Shown here: positions 23,307 through 34,514 of the stretch, piece by piece
Numbering within the stretch: position 1 is the stretch's first letter
How the letters are laid out: each line of letters starts with the position of its first letter
Assembly (NCBI RefSeq): GCF_021028975.2
Contig: NC_059436.1
Location: 36,642,001 to 36,706,000, forward strand
Direction: 5' to 3'
Source: Sphaerodactylus townsendi
Taxonomy: Eukaryota
Length of the DNA stretch: 64,000 bases
Notes under the pieces: generated by a model
The model's input: the letters and a program-made list of their open reading frames with translations, nothing else
Told to the model about the DNA's origin: nothing
Database searches by the model: none
Program-made: the position numbers and the translations under genes

Positions 23307-26300
23307 TTAAACAGTTTTTCGTGCAGTAAGAACTCTTACTATGGATCCTAGTCCACCTACTGCTAATGCCTGAAAGGTGAGAGAGAGAAAAGATGTTAGT
23401 TTAGAAGGTGGTCCACAAACAAGCAAATCTCTCTGAACATACGAAACATCTCCACATGCTCCAAGGGACTTTAATCTCAATACTGCCCCAGGTTTCACAA
23501 AACAGTTTTTACAGCACTTCTCCCTGGTTCGTTCTTTTGACTTTGGCAGAAGCACCACTTCTAGCCAAACCCCTGGCTGTATTAGGCCACTGGTATATGA
23601 AACCAAGTTTTTTATCCCTATTGCTCTTGGACATAGGTAATGCGGAGCTGTAGGAAAACAAGTCACTTCCCTTTAGGACGCAGCAATGGGAGCTTTCCAA
23701 ATCAAACGTCTAACAAACTTGTTATTGCTTCTCTTGAACATTACACACAGAACAACCAGTTGTGTTGACTACACCTGGAGAGTCTATGCTTTTATTACAA
23801 AGTGAACTAAACAGAGAACATGAAAATTTCTTCAAGAAAAAATAGCACATTTGCTACATTTTATGCTGTTCTGGGAAATTTGTAATACCCTGTTTCCCTG
23901 AATATAAGACATCCCCTGAAAATAAGATGTAGTAGAGGTTTTGCTGAAGTGCATCCCCCAAAAGTAAGACGTAGCAAAGTTTTTGTTTGGAAGCATCCCC
24001 TGAAAATAAGACATAGCGCACCTTTGGGAGCAAAAATTAATATAAAACGCTGTCTTATTTTCGGGGAAACACAGTACTAACTTTCAGACTCTTCACATGA
24101 ATGAGAGAGGCAATCAGTGCCAAATGAACCCAGCTCAAGACAAAAGCACTCTTACGTGCATCTAAAAAGACCAATTTCTTTAAGTGTATGGCTATAATGC
24201 AGGCTCTGACCCCAAGACAAAAGGCTAAGGGACAGCTGAAGGTGAATCTGTGTGACAGGAGAACAGAAAAAAGTGCACATCTCATTTATTAGAGCTCAAA
24301 AAGTAATTTGTTCTGTAGAAGAGCGCTATGCATGCAATGAGAAACTCTCCTTATCATTTAAGGCATCTATGTGGAGCAGACACTTTGTAGTCAACACCTA
24401 TTTTATGTATATGCGTGGGAAGAAGATATCAGTTTTTGCAGTCCCGCTAGTGAAACTACTTTGAGCAGCTACGACTTCCTGCGTTCAGACATCAGTATTT
24501 ACTCATGGCAACTGTAAGAAGCCATAGCAAATGGCAGAGCTTCTATCTATGCAGAATGACACAAGTCTCAGAAGCTGTTCCAAAACTTTTGGAAATGCTT
24601 TACTGCTCTGAGAATTTGGGGAGGAGGGCTGTAACCACGCAGAGAGAGAAACGCTCAGCAGTCTTTCTGCCTACCAAATACCAGTTGTCTGGCTTCACAA
24701 AACCACAAGTGCCAACCTACGTTAGCCACAAGCTGCTGTTTCCAATGGAAACAGGACAGAACGCAGAAACTCTCTCCATGTTGTCATGAGAACAGAGGCT
24801 GCAAACGCCTACTGGTTTGTCTGCAAGAAAAGCTGCATCTGTGAACATCCACTATTGGGCATAATTCCACCAATAAGCCTTGGAAAGCTATTAATAGCAT
24901 AGGCCATAAAGTCCTCATCATGCCAGCATTATAGGGCTAAGACCACAGTTCTAAAGATGCTTTCCTCAAAAAACCAAATTACGTGTACCAGGGGTGGTAA
25001 CTAACCTGTCCTCCCTAATCAGCTGGTCTAATCCAACCAAGCTACTGTCCTTTGGCCAAAGGAAGAATTAAGAATGAAGGTAGAGGGTGTTCAACATGAA
25101 AATTATTCCACAGCTCTTATATGGAACTTCAATGTGGCTCCTTCAGACCAGTGAGAATTTCGACCATCTTTTGTGTCAGTTTTTGCAATGAATTACAGGA
25201 ACCCCAAGATGTGTAACTGGTGTAACTTTAAGGTAAGACCCAGGGCCAGTCTCTATTGAAACTTAAATATGACTGCAAACCTTTAAACATAAGTTGAAGG
25301 TTATCTTTTCAACAAAGAAGGCCTGCTCCTTAACCTTGGCCTAGCCAATGATGACTTATTAAGACTTGGAAAGTACATCTCTATTAACGATTAAGAGATA
25401 TATAAAACGTTTAGATTATTTTAGTTCAATTATATGAGCTCAGATAACATGCTCCAGTAAGTTCTTTGACATCTTTCCATCTCTCAATATCCCAACCTTC
25501 GTTAGAAATCTGACATTCCCTGTTTATTGTAGAGCATTTGTGCTTGAATGTCTGAATGCTGCCTCTTTGGCAGTCTTATATGGGAGCTACTGTAACCTGC
25601 CATATTCAAATAGGCTCTGCAATACGATCTGAAATAAGCTGACTCTTCATCCCACCTGATTTTGAAATGCCCTCACTAGAACTCTAATTGTAATTCATGG
25701 ATTGCCCCTATTTTAACTAAATTACTGTTCACCGTAATAAAGGGTAATATAGTCCCCTATTTGTTGATGATTAGAGACCCAAGGATCAAGTTGAAAGTGG
25801 CAAAGTATCTCTCTTCACAATATTTTCCTTAAGGAAATAAAGATTCCTTATTTGCTACTGAAGATCATTAGCTTGAAAGAACCAAAGTAGTGGTCAGGTT
25901 TTCTTACACTGCGCCACTTCTGGCTGAATGTGGAAGTTTGCATCCTCTTTGGTGCTGAACAAGAGAAATGCACTACATTTCAATTCTACTGCAAGAATAA
26001 ACTGGATTTTAAATCCATGATGGAACACCCAGGCCAGTGTAAAAAGCAATAAAACCATCATAATTTACTGGCTGTTGTGGCTTTTTCAAGCTGTGTGGCC
26101 ATGGTCTGGTAGTTTTTGTTCCTAACATTTCGCCTGCATTTGGCAACTTCAGGGGCATATCATAGTAAGATGGGTGTCTCTCACATCTTGCCGTGACATG
26201 CCTCTAAAGATGCCAGCCACTGATGCAGGCAAAATGTTAGGAACAAAAACTACTCAACCATGGCCGCACTGCCCAGCTGTGATCAATGTTCCTTACTGTT

Positions 26301-29300
26301 AACAGGCATTAACTTGTGATGGATGTACTGTGTGTTAGACTTCCATCTGGCACTTTACAGTATTACCACTAGTACAAAAGATTCCTTGGAAGCAGCGAGA
26401 GCCTTCTTGCCCAGAATCTCCTGTGCTGAAGCTTAACTTTTCCCCACACCTTCTCTGTGGGTCTTGTGGGTTGGAAAACAAACCTGTGGCCTAGGTGGAT
26501 CTTATGCATTAGAGGTGCTAAAGCTTTACTGTGGAAAAAAACAGGGGCAATTCTAGAAATCCTCTGCTCCCTATTCCGAGATGCCCTGAACTTCTGTACA
26601 AATTGTTAACATGGTACAACTTATCATCTTTAATAACCTGGCCTACTCCGCATCCAGCTAGACTAGGATCTGGACTCTGAGCACATGTGGAATGTTAACA
26701 GATAAGCAAATGATCATTCAAAAACCAATGGCTATTTAGCCTGCTGAACTCTGTATTCAGACTGGAGGGCAGAAGTCACATACCTTTTCATGCCACTGGA
26801 GTAGTATTGCACTGCTATTTTCTGTTGGTTTTTCAAATCCTTTATAAATGTACTTCATTAACAAATCAATACCATTTCTGTCTAAGGTGTTTACCGCCTG
26901 TTCTATCTCGCTGCCTTTAAAAGAAGTGAGGACCTTCATCACCACTTCCTGGGCCCGCTCCTGGAGAGAGATGCAAGGAGAGTGAGACCACAAATACAGC
27001 CCAAACCCATGCCAGCTATTTCCTAGCAACTAATACAACAGGGAAGAGGCCAGACCCAAAGGGATCTTAACAAGGTTATTTCATCTCACTATGAGCAGCT
27101 ACACTGAAGAAGCATGAACTCTGGCAAAAAGAGGATCCCACAGCAAGGCATCTATTACCCATTAGGAAAAATGCCATACTTTTGCAAGGGATTCTGAGCC
27201 CCAACTGGGTCATGCCAGTAAGATCTGATTTGCTGACCTTTTATCATAGTGATGCCCAAATAGCCCCAAGTCACTACTTACCTTTGCCGCTGCATTTTTA
27301 GTGTTGATCGGTGAATTCCGTAAAGCCATATGGAATGCTCGGAGCATGTCTCCTGTGCAGCAAAGCAAGTTAAAGAGCCAACCACTGAGCAGACAGAACC
27401 CATCAGACCAAGATTAGACCCTCAAACTGGGCTTTGAACTAACTGCAGTCAGTGCTCTTTCAGCATTTATAGGTACTGGCTAGCTAGACCCTAGGCAGGG
27501 AATCATGTAATCTTATCCCCACTATGAAATATTGAGGCTTTCAAAAATAAAATTCCTTTGCTCATTTCTAAATGATATTTTGTGCCTTACATGTCTGATT
27601 ATATAAATCAGTGATACTCACAGTGATTGACTGCAGAGGTTTTGGTGTTGCACTAGATAAGAGAAGCCCTTTGCTATTGTGCCTGGCACAACTACCCTTT
27701 TTATTAACAGGACAAATAAGACAAACATTCCCACTATATTAGTAGCAGGATTATGTTGTTTTCCCACTAAAAAAGCTGCAGAGTTCAAACAGAAAGATAA
27801 CTGTCCACAGGCCTTGTCTTCCAAGTGGTCTCTTAGTAAATGCAGCTATCTGGGTTACATCCCAAAGAGACTCAAGGCAGTTATTTTGAGCATCTTTTTA
27901 CTAGCTGGGTTCTAACATCTCACTGCAAGCTGTATCAACCTGCCTAAGACATTTTTTCAGAAGCCATATCATAGTATTCACTCCCTATAGTATCACTGCA
28001 GGATTTGCAAGATTGTCAATATTGATTTTTTAACTTCAATTCACCAATATTGACAATCTTGCAAATCCTGCATTAATTATAACCAGGTTGTCTTGCTTTA
28101 CTCCCCACGGAATGGAGACCAGCTCCTAAATTGCACCCACACCACCACTTCAGTGTTTTTCAGACTTCCTACCAGCAAGGAATCCCTTCTGACAAAATGG
28201 GCTTTTGTCCACCCCATTGTATGCTATAACAAACAACCTGCCACAAGGTTGTTTACATTTATCTGCTTAAAAACGAAATCATATGTTTTTGTTCTGAAGA
28301 TGCCAGCCACGGATGCAGGCAAAATGTCCAGAGAAAATGTTACTGGAACAAGGCCATACAGCCCGGAAACCCCAGTGATTCAGGCTGTGAAAGCCTTCGA
28401 CAATACAAAATCATATGTGTTGCAGATTCTTTATACGCTGCAGGAGACACCAGAACTTTCTATGTTTACAAAGTCACTGGCCAACCTGTTGGGCCTCCCC
28501 ATTGCCTTATGTGAACTGAATGAGTTGTGAATTTCAAGGAAACATACACATGCGAGACAATTCCAGAGGGATAGCTAGGTTGGTCTATTACAGCAATACA
28601 AAACTGAAGTCGTGACACTTTAAAGACTACCATCTTTATTCCACACAAAGTACAAGCTTTCATGAGTTAGAGCTCACATCTTCATATACCATGAAGGATA
28701 CTTGTCTACTATTACTAATCTCCTAGAACTGGATTCTTCAGAACACAGACTTAAAGTCACTGCATAAACAGCCGAACTAAAAAAAATGGAATGTGAGCCA
28801 CATAATTTATAATGCTTTCTCAGTGTCAAAAAAATTAACTCTCAGAGAATGCAAAAAATTCACTTTTGGGAATTTGCTTTGATATTAAGTACGAAGTTGT
28901 CCCAAATGCTTGCATCAACTTAACCTATCCTCAGCAAAAAAATAAAATAAATAAGCATACACTCCTACATACTCTGTTTTCAGAAACACTTTTTCTAAGT
29001 AAATAATGGTAGGAAAGAGCTGAAAAAATGGAAATTTCCAAGTAAAGGATAAATGCCATCCTTCTAGAGCTTTAAATATACTGAAAATGGATCTCAAGTT
29101 GCTTAGTGTTGAGGTCCTCAACTATTTATTTCTGCTCTTCATTCTGCTGTTTTGAGCAACATGCCATTCTTCCTTACAAAATGTTTAACCGAATGAAGTT
29201 ATTTGGAATTGGGTGTACACAGCCCAAATTATTATGAGCCATGATCCCTCAAAGTAAATGAACAATACCATGAATAAAAAGCATACTGTTTGCAGCCACA

Positions 29301-30966
29301 AATGCAATGCCAATCCCTCTGATTCTGTAACAGTCCAGTATTACCACTACTTCAGAACACGTTAGTTGTCATAGTCATCTCAAAGGTATTAAGGAGGGAG
29401 CACAGTCACACTTCAAATATTTTTTCCAGGCTATCAGCAATCCCCAGCAAGACATCAGTCCTGCACTGTGGTTGCTACCCAACACTCTTTTGCAGCCTTC
29501 ACAGTTACTAATATTTTAAACAGGCTTTTTTGCCCCTGGGAATGAAGGAATTGGCAGCTATCTGACTCACCTTCTGCTCTATATTCTAAGAAACAAAGGC
29601 TCCTCTCTCAAATTAGCAACAAGCAGAACAGCATCCACTGACCCTAGCCAGCCAAGACAAGCCCACCCAGACATGATACTTGTTAAAAGCCGGTAAAACC
29701 AGTCCTGTCTTGCTAAACTTGATCCCATGCATGATGGATATACGCATCACAACCTTACCCAGATTCGTCATTGGTGGCACACCATGGGCAGCTAAAGGGT
29801 GGGGCTCATCACATACCACACAACCCTGCCCTGCTACTCTATCACTTACTGTCCACCAGATTAAGACACCTGTTTTAATTCATACCGGTTGTTGGACACT
29901 CCCAAGTCATATGGGAGGCAAGAACCTGCCAGACACACCGCTACAAACAGCAACCACAACACCCTGAACAGCTTCCCAAAGTCTGCAGTTAAGCACAGCT
30001 CAACTGCCTGAAATTGCCTTAGCGTGCCTTTCACCGTCTTAAACCTCCAGGTCCACCCCATCCTGTGTCAAATGCTCCCAATCGCAAGGTTTCACCTTTG
30101 TTGCAGAGGGATGAACAAGGGCAAAGCAGATGGAGATCTCGAGGACCAGTTCATCAATACAGTAACAATTACAGAGAGGGCAGGAACAGCATGACGGGTA
30201 CTGCCACTTACCTACACAACTAAGACAATCTCTCGGATCATCATATTTTGCAAACAGCCATTCAACTGGGGTAGGTCCTCTCCGCACAATCGGGCATGAA
30301 AACCTTGCCGTTACTTTCCCATCCACACCTCAGGATGCAAACAACGTACGTTGACACATAAAGGGAAGAGGCCTAGTAAATTCTCTCAACTCACTTTCAA
30401 GGCCGACACCTTAAAGTTATCCAGGAGTGTACGTTTCTATTAAAGTGGTTCCAACTCCCATATAACCCAAAATAATGGGGAGCGAGGGAGGGAGAAGAGA
30501 CAGATGCAAATTCTCCATAGAGAAAACATTTCTAAGTGTACTAAGAGGGAAGGTGAAGGCCCCCAAGGTGTGAGAGAAGAGAAATGTAGACCGGAAAGGG
30601 AGAGGATGCAAGGGGAGAGAAGAGGACGCCCAGAGCATCGAGGCAGCGGCAGAGGAGAGAAGGGAAAAATGCAAATACACGGGAAGGCGAATCCCTCCCT
30701 ATGAAAAAAGGGGAAAAGATCTTCCTGGGGGAGAATCTGCTACTAAGAGGTTAGCAGGTGTGTGGGGGGGTCCTCTTCTCCCCCCACCCCGAGAAAGGAT
30801 ATTGCCGCAGCGCCGCCTCCACCTCCGGGCCGGGGCCTCCGTCAACCTCCGAGGCGCCGGCCCCAGTGCCGCTCTCGGCCCCGTCGGGCTCCTCCACGAA
30901 GCGGTTCTCGTCGAACTGGTCGATGTCCAGGCGGCGGAAGCGCGAGGAGAGCGAGTTCCGCGCCAT
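23307..30966 (-). CDS. ARPC5L: Actin-related protein 2/3 complex subunit 5-like (158 aa)
   Basis: Exons on minus: 30803-30966 ([26 protein letters not shown]...ALRQ), 27282-27354 ([24 protein letters not shown]), 26784-26960 ([15 protein letters not shown]...LLQWHEK), 23307-23369 ([20 protein letters not shown]). Intron 1 is AT-AC. The tail-to-tail position with GOLGA1 favours ARPC5L over ARPC5. Confidence 0.95.
23888..24074. mobile_element. Tc1/mariner-superfamily MITE
   Basis: Imperfect 24-bp TIRs CCCTGTTTCCCTGAATATAAGACA / TGTCTTATTTTCGGGGAAACACAG flanked by TA; internal CATCCCCTGAAAATAAGA subrepeats. Confidence 0.82.
26068..26277. mobile_element. Inverted pair of Penelope-like terminal units
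   Basis: Left arm GTTTTTGTTCCTAACATTTCGCCTGCAT and right arm ATGCAGGCAAAATGTTAGGAACAAAAAC are near reverse complements. Confidence 0.7.
27997..28072. repeat. Perfect 28-bp inverted repeat with 20-nt loop
   Basis: TGCAGGATTTGCAAGATTGTCAATATTG ... CAATATTGACAATCTTGCAAATCCTGCA. Confidence 0.95.
28287..28407 (+). mobile_element. Penelope-like terminal unit with decayed hammerhead
   Basis: CTGAAGATGCCAGCCACGGATGCAGGCAAAATGTC...GTGAAAGCCTTCGACAATAC; 11-bp TSD AAATCATATGT (28276-28286, 28408-28418). Confidence 0.75.
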
Positions 30967-31245
30967 GACAGGCCGCGACGAGGGAAGGCGACGTGAGGAG
31001 ACGACGGCCCCGCGGGCACCGCTTCTATCACCGCCACCGCCACCGCCGCCTCCAGCCCCGACCGGAACCGGAAGCTTTCCGAAGGATGGCAAAGGGGAAA
31101 TGTGACTAGCGGACGCGCCAGCCAATCCTCATCGCAGGATAAGGGGGTTCGAAAAGGGAGGGGCTTCGCGTCAGAAACTGTCGCTGAGGCCTGAGGCGCG
31201 CCAGACGGGCGCTGCGCGTTGCTGATAGCAGCTGGTCGCGTTACG
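30780..31245 (-). promoter_or_regulatory. ARPC5L CpG-island promoter/first exon
   Basis: High CpG and GC content around exon 1; tandem ETS/GABP-type CGGAACCGGAAG at about 31062-31074; CCAAT at 31122-31126. Confidence 0.75.
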
Positions 31246-31354
31246 AGGTGTCAAACTCGCGGCCCTCCAGATGTTATGGACTACAGTTCCCATCATCCCG
31301 ATGATGGGAACTGTAGTCCTTCGCATCTGGAGGGCCGCGAGTTTGACACCTATG
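31246..31354. mobile_element. Palindromic hAT MITE (ACTACAnnTCCCA family) adjoining ARPC5L promoter
   Basis: Near-perfect hairpin AGGTGTCAAACTCGCGGCCCTCCAGATG...CATCTGGAGGGCCGCGAGTTTGACACCT; half copies at 19334-19400 and 11134-11209. Confidence 0.88.
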
Positions 31355-34300
31355 GATTAGATAAAGATGTCAATTGCATCGCCCCAGGCCGTTTCCAATT
31401 AAACCACAAAATGTCATTCGAGCATTAAACACAATAAAGGAGGGGGGGGGGGGCTGCGCTCGCTGGCTCAGGCGTAGCCCAATTCCCCCCGCCCTGATTC
31501 AGTCTATTCGCTCGACTTTCTACATGGAAACGAGGCTTGTCATGTCTCTGGCAATCGTCGTTGAAGCTATTTTTAGTTACAAATCAACAGTGATCGACAA
31601 GCAGCCCAAGACCAAGCTACCCGATGAGATGAAAAATAATAATTTTGTCAATTGCATCGCCCCAGTATTGTATCGAGTTCTAAATCCTACTAAATACAAA
31701 TACAACTAAGAACTGCAAGTTTAGTCATCTCTTCTGGTCTGGCTTTGTTCCGACAATTTATAAATAGACCATTTTTGTACAAAGAACCTGTGCATTTTGT
31801 ACAAAGAAACTGTGCATTTTTCCCCCCTCAATCCCAATTCCTTACAAAATGTTATGTCCACTGCATGGTCGATCAACATCTACTGAACCTGACCTTAATA
31901 GCTAGCACACTGATTTGTTTTCCCACTGACAACTTTGCAGGTACCATCAAATTTCTGACAGCCTGAAGTGGATTGGGCAGTGTAAAAACCAAGTTAAGAC
32001 TCTTGCTCACATTATACTCGACTGTCTGAGATATGTGGGTATTAGAAATTTCTCTCCCAGGCTGGCCCTAGGCAAATCTGAAAGAGACTCTGACAATTCT
32101 GTTGTGGGGTTTCTGTTAAACAATACAGATGCCGTGCTCTTGGGAAAAGTAGCAAAATTTCTTTTACAAGTAACTGAACTTTCTAAGTAATGTCTCTGTG
32201 TTTTGATCATATTCTTGCTTTGTACATAATAAATGTCTGGTAACGTCCCAGAGCTTATTTTATATGCCTAATAAAGGCTGTTGGACAACCTGAAGTACCA
32301 GTCCTAACTTTGTCATTTCTTATATGGGAACTGCAGTTATTTATGCCAAAAATGTATCTGTTTGTTCTAGCTTCATCCAGAGACGGCTTCAATCAACAGA
32401 ATCAAAAACTGCTGCCAAATCTAGAAGATCTAGATCCTTTCTAAAGCCAGCTTGATGTTGCAAGATGATGTTGTTAGAGGTCTTACAATCCTCTTACTTA
32501 AGTAAAAGGTGTTTGCTGTATCATTTGACAGCTATATAAAGCAGACTGATTGATCAATAATTCTGAGGATCTTATTTGTTCCCCATCTTAAAGGAACCAC
32601 AATGCTCCATTTCCAGTCGGATGAAAGGGCACCCAACTCATTTATCTAAGGGAATACACCTATCAGAAAAGAAGGTAAAAACAGGAATCGACCCGAACAC
32701 TTTTACTGGCCACATTTCAGACCAAATCACTGTTTCAACCCTTCAAAAGACATCATTTTCAGTGCATTTAAAATAGGTTAAGGCAACTTTACTATATGTC
32801 CTGTATTTGCTACAGTCAAGATTTTAAAATAAAATTCCCTACTTTTCACAGCATGCATTTAAACATTTCTGTCTTGGAGAAATAAATACATGAAAAAAAT
32901 TACTAATTCTGTTCTGAGAAAAAGGGTGACTAATAGTTGAAATAAGTGACATGGAAATCCAAACATACACTACTTTTTTCAGCAAGAGCATAAAAGGGAC
33001 AATTAAAATTTAAAAATAGCACTATAGATATGCCTCTACCTGCCCCATATATTTTTCTCAACAAAGACAACACATTGGTATACTTGCACCTAATAATGAA
33101 TCTTGTAGCTTACTGAAAAGTTGTTGGAAGACATTTACACACTGTCCTAGTCATACTCCAGCACTGAACACACACACTAGATGACAGGACAAGGGTGGGG
33201 TGTTTGTGAGATAAATGAACAGGTACTACTGCTTCTGCAGGTGGTAGAAACCTAGCTTATGCCTATTTATATTGTCTTGACTTGTCCTTTCAAAAGGATT
33301 TTAAACACAAGTTTCATGATTCTGGCACTACACAGCAGAATGGCATCAGTGTAGAAAGTAACTTACCAAAAAAGTGAGAATTCAATATTTTGAGGTAATT
33401 TTTTTTCTATTTAAAGTTGTTTGTTTCTTTGTTAATCCAGGAATCTGGAATAATGACACTAAAAGTTCAGGTCTTCTTTCCTGGAAATAAACACTGTGGG
33501 GATGTCAGAATGCAGCCCTTCCTTCTGTTTTAGCCAAATCCATTTCCGATATTTCCACAGCTGTATAACAACTGGAGAAAAACTGGACAAATTCACAAAA
33601 ACTGGCCAGGATTCTTTAAGTTTTAGCAGGAACAGATAACTGATATGATGTTGGTATCAACTTCCACAAAACCACCCTCCCAAAGAGACACAGACATTCT
33701 TAGCCAAAACTCAGTTATATCAGCATTAAATGTTTGTGTACATAGGAAAGAGTAAGACAATATACATTCATATTAACAATGTATGGTTTATTTCCAACGT
33801 TTAACCTAGAGGCAGAATTCAGAATATTACTTTATTACAAATACAAGGTATCTGAAAATAATCAGGACAATTATTTTACTATACAAATTCAAATACTTGC
33901 AGCCGGTTTTGTATTTTACTTTTGAATCCTAAAAAACCCAAGGCAAAGCAAACAAAAGTATAATTGGGGCAGCCTTTTAGACCACTAATTTATACCCACT
34001 TTAAAACAAAATATAACTAGGACAATTCACTTTTGCATCTTGGAAATGTGTATACTACACTTTGCTGCAAGTTCCATTGTGTACCCTCAGTATGACTTTG
34101 CTGCTGAAATTTCTTTAAAACTTACCAAAAAAACCCAACCCCTCCCCAAAATAACCTCCTGGATGAAATGAAGGAGATCAGACTAGTTCTGATACCTTGT
34201 TCTATTTTTATTATTTTAAGGAAAAGTGCAGTTTTCCCTAAAAAACACACACACACTCCCACAAATATGCAAGAACAGCTGCCAGCAGGGTAAGTGCTAG

Positions 34301-34514
34301 AGACATTTCACAAGCACTCGCAGACAAATCTTGGGAAGGCAGATGGGGTACAAAAAGATGTGCAGAAAGGATCAAGAGACGCATCGCTACGGACACAATG
34401 TACAACACATTTAGATAATTTAAAAATAAAAAAGGCAAGAGGCAACATTTCAGCAGCAAAGTGCTCGATAAAAAGTATGCCGCAGAGAACCAGTACAAGA
34501 AGCTGAACAGTATC

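Larger units (their letters stand above)
27355..30802 (-). other. U12-type (minor spliceosome) AT-AC intron 1 of ARPC5L
   Basis: 5' end ATATCCTTT (30802-30794), branch site TCTTTAAC (27376-27369), 3' end CAC (27357-27355). Joining gives in-frame CA|A GGA GAC ATG (Q-G-D-M). Confidence 0.93.

Noticed and set aside
30967-31125. In-frame N-terminal extension of ARPC5L (ORF 30751-31125)
   Set aside because: Begins at a non-ATG codon in GC-rich promoter DNA where stops are naturally rare; the conserved ATG is at 30966.
31355-34200. Remnant of RPL35 or SCAI between ARPC5L and PPP6C
   Set aside because: No recognisable peptide in the ORF track or by eye; most of the interval looks like PPP6C 3' UTR. 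tBLASTn would be decisive.
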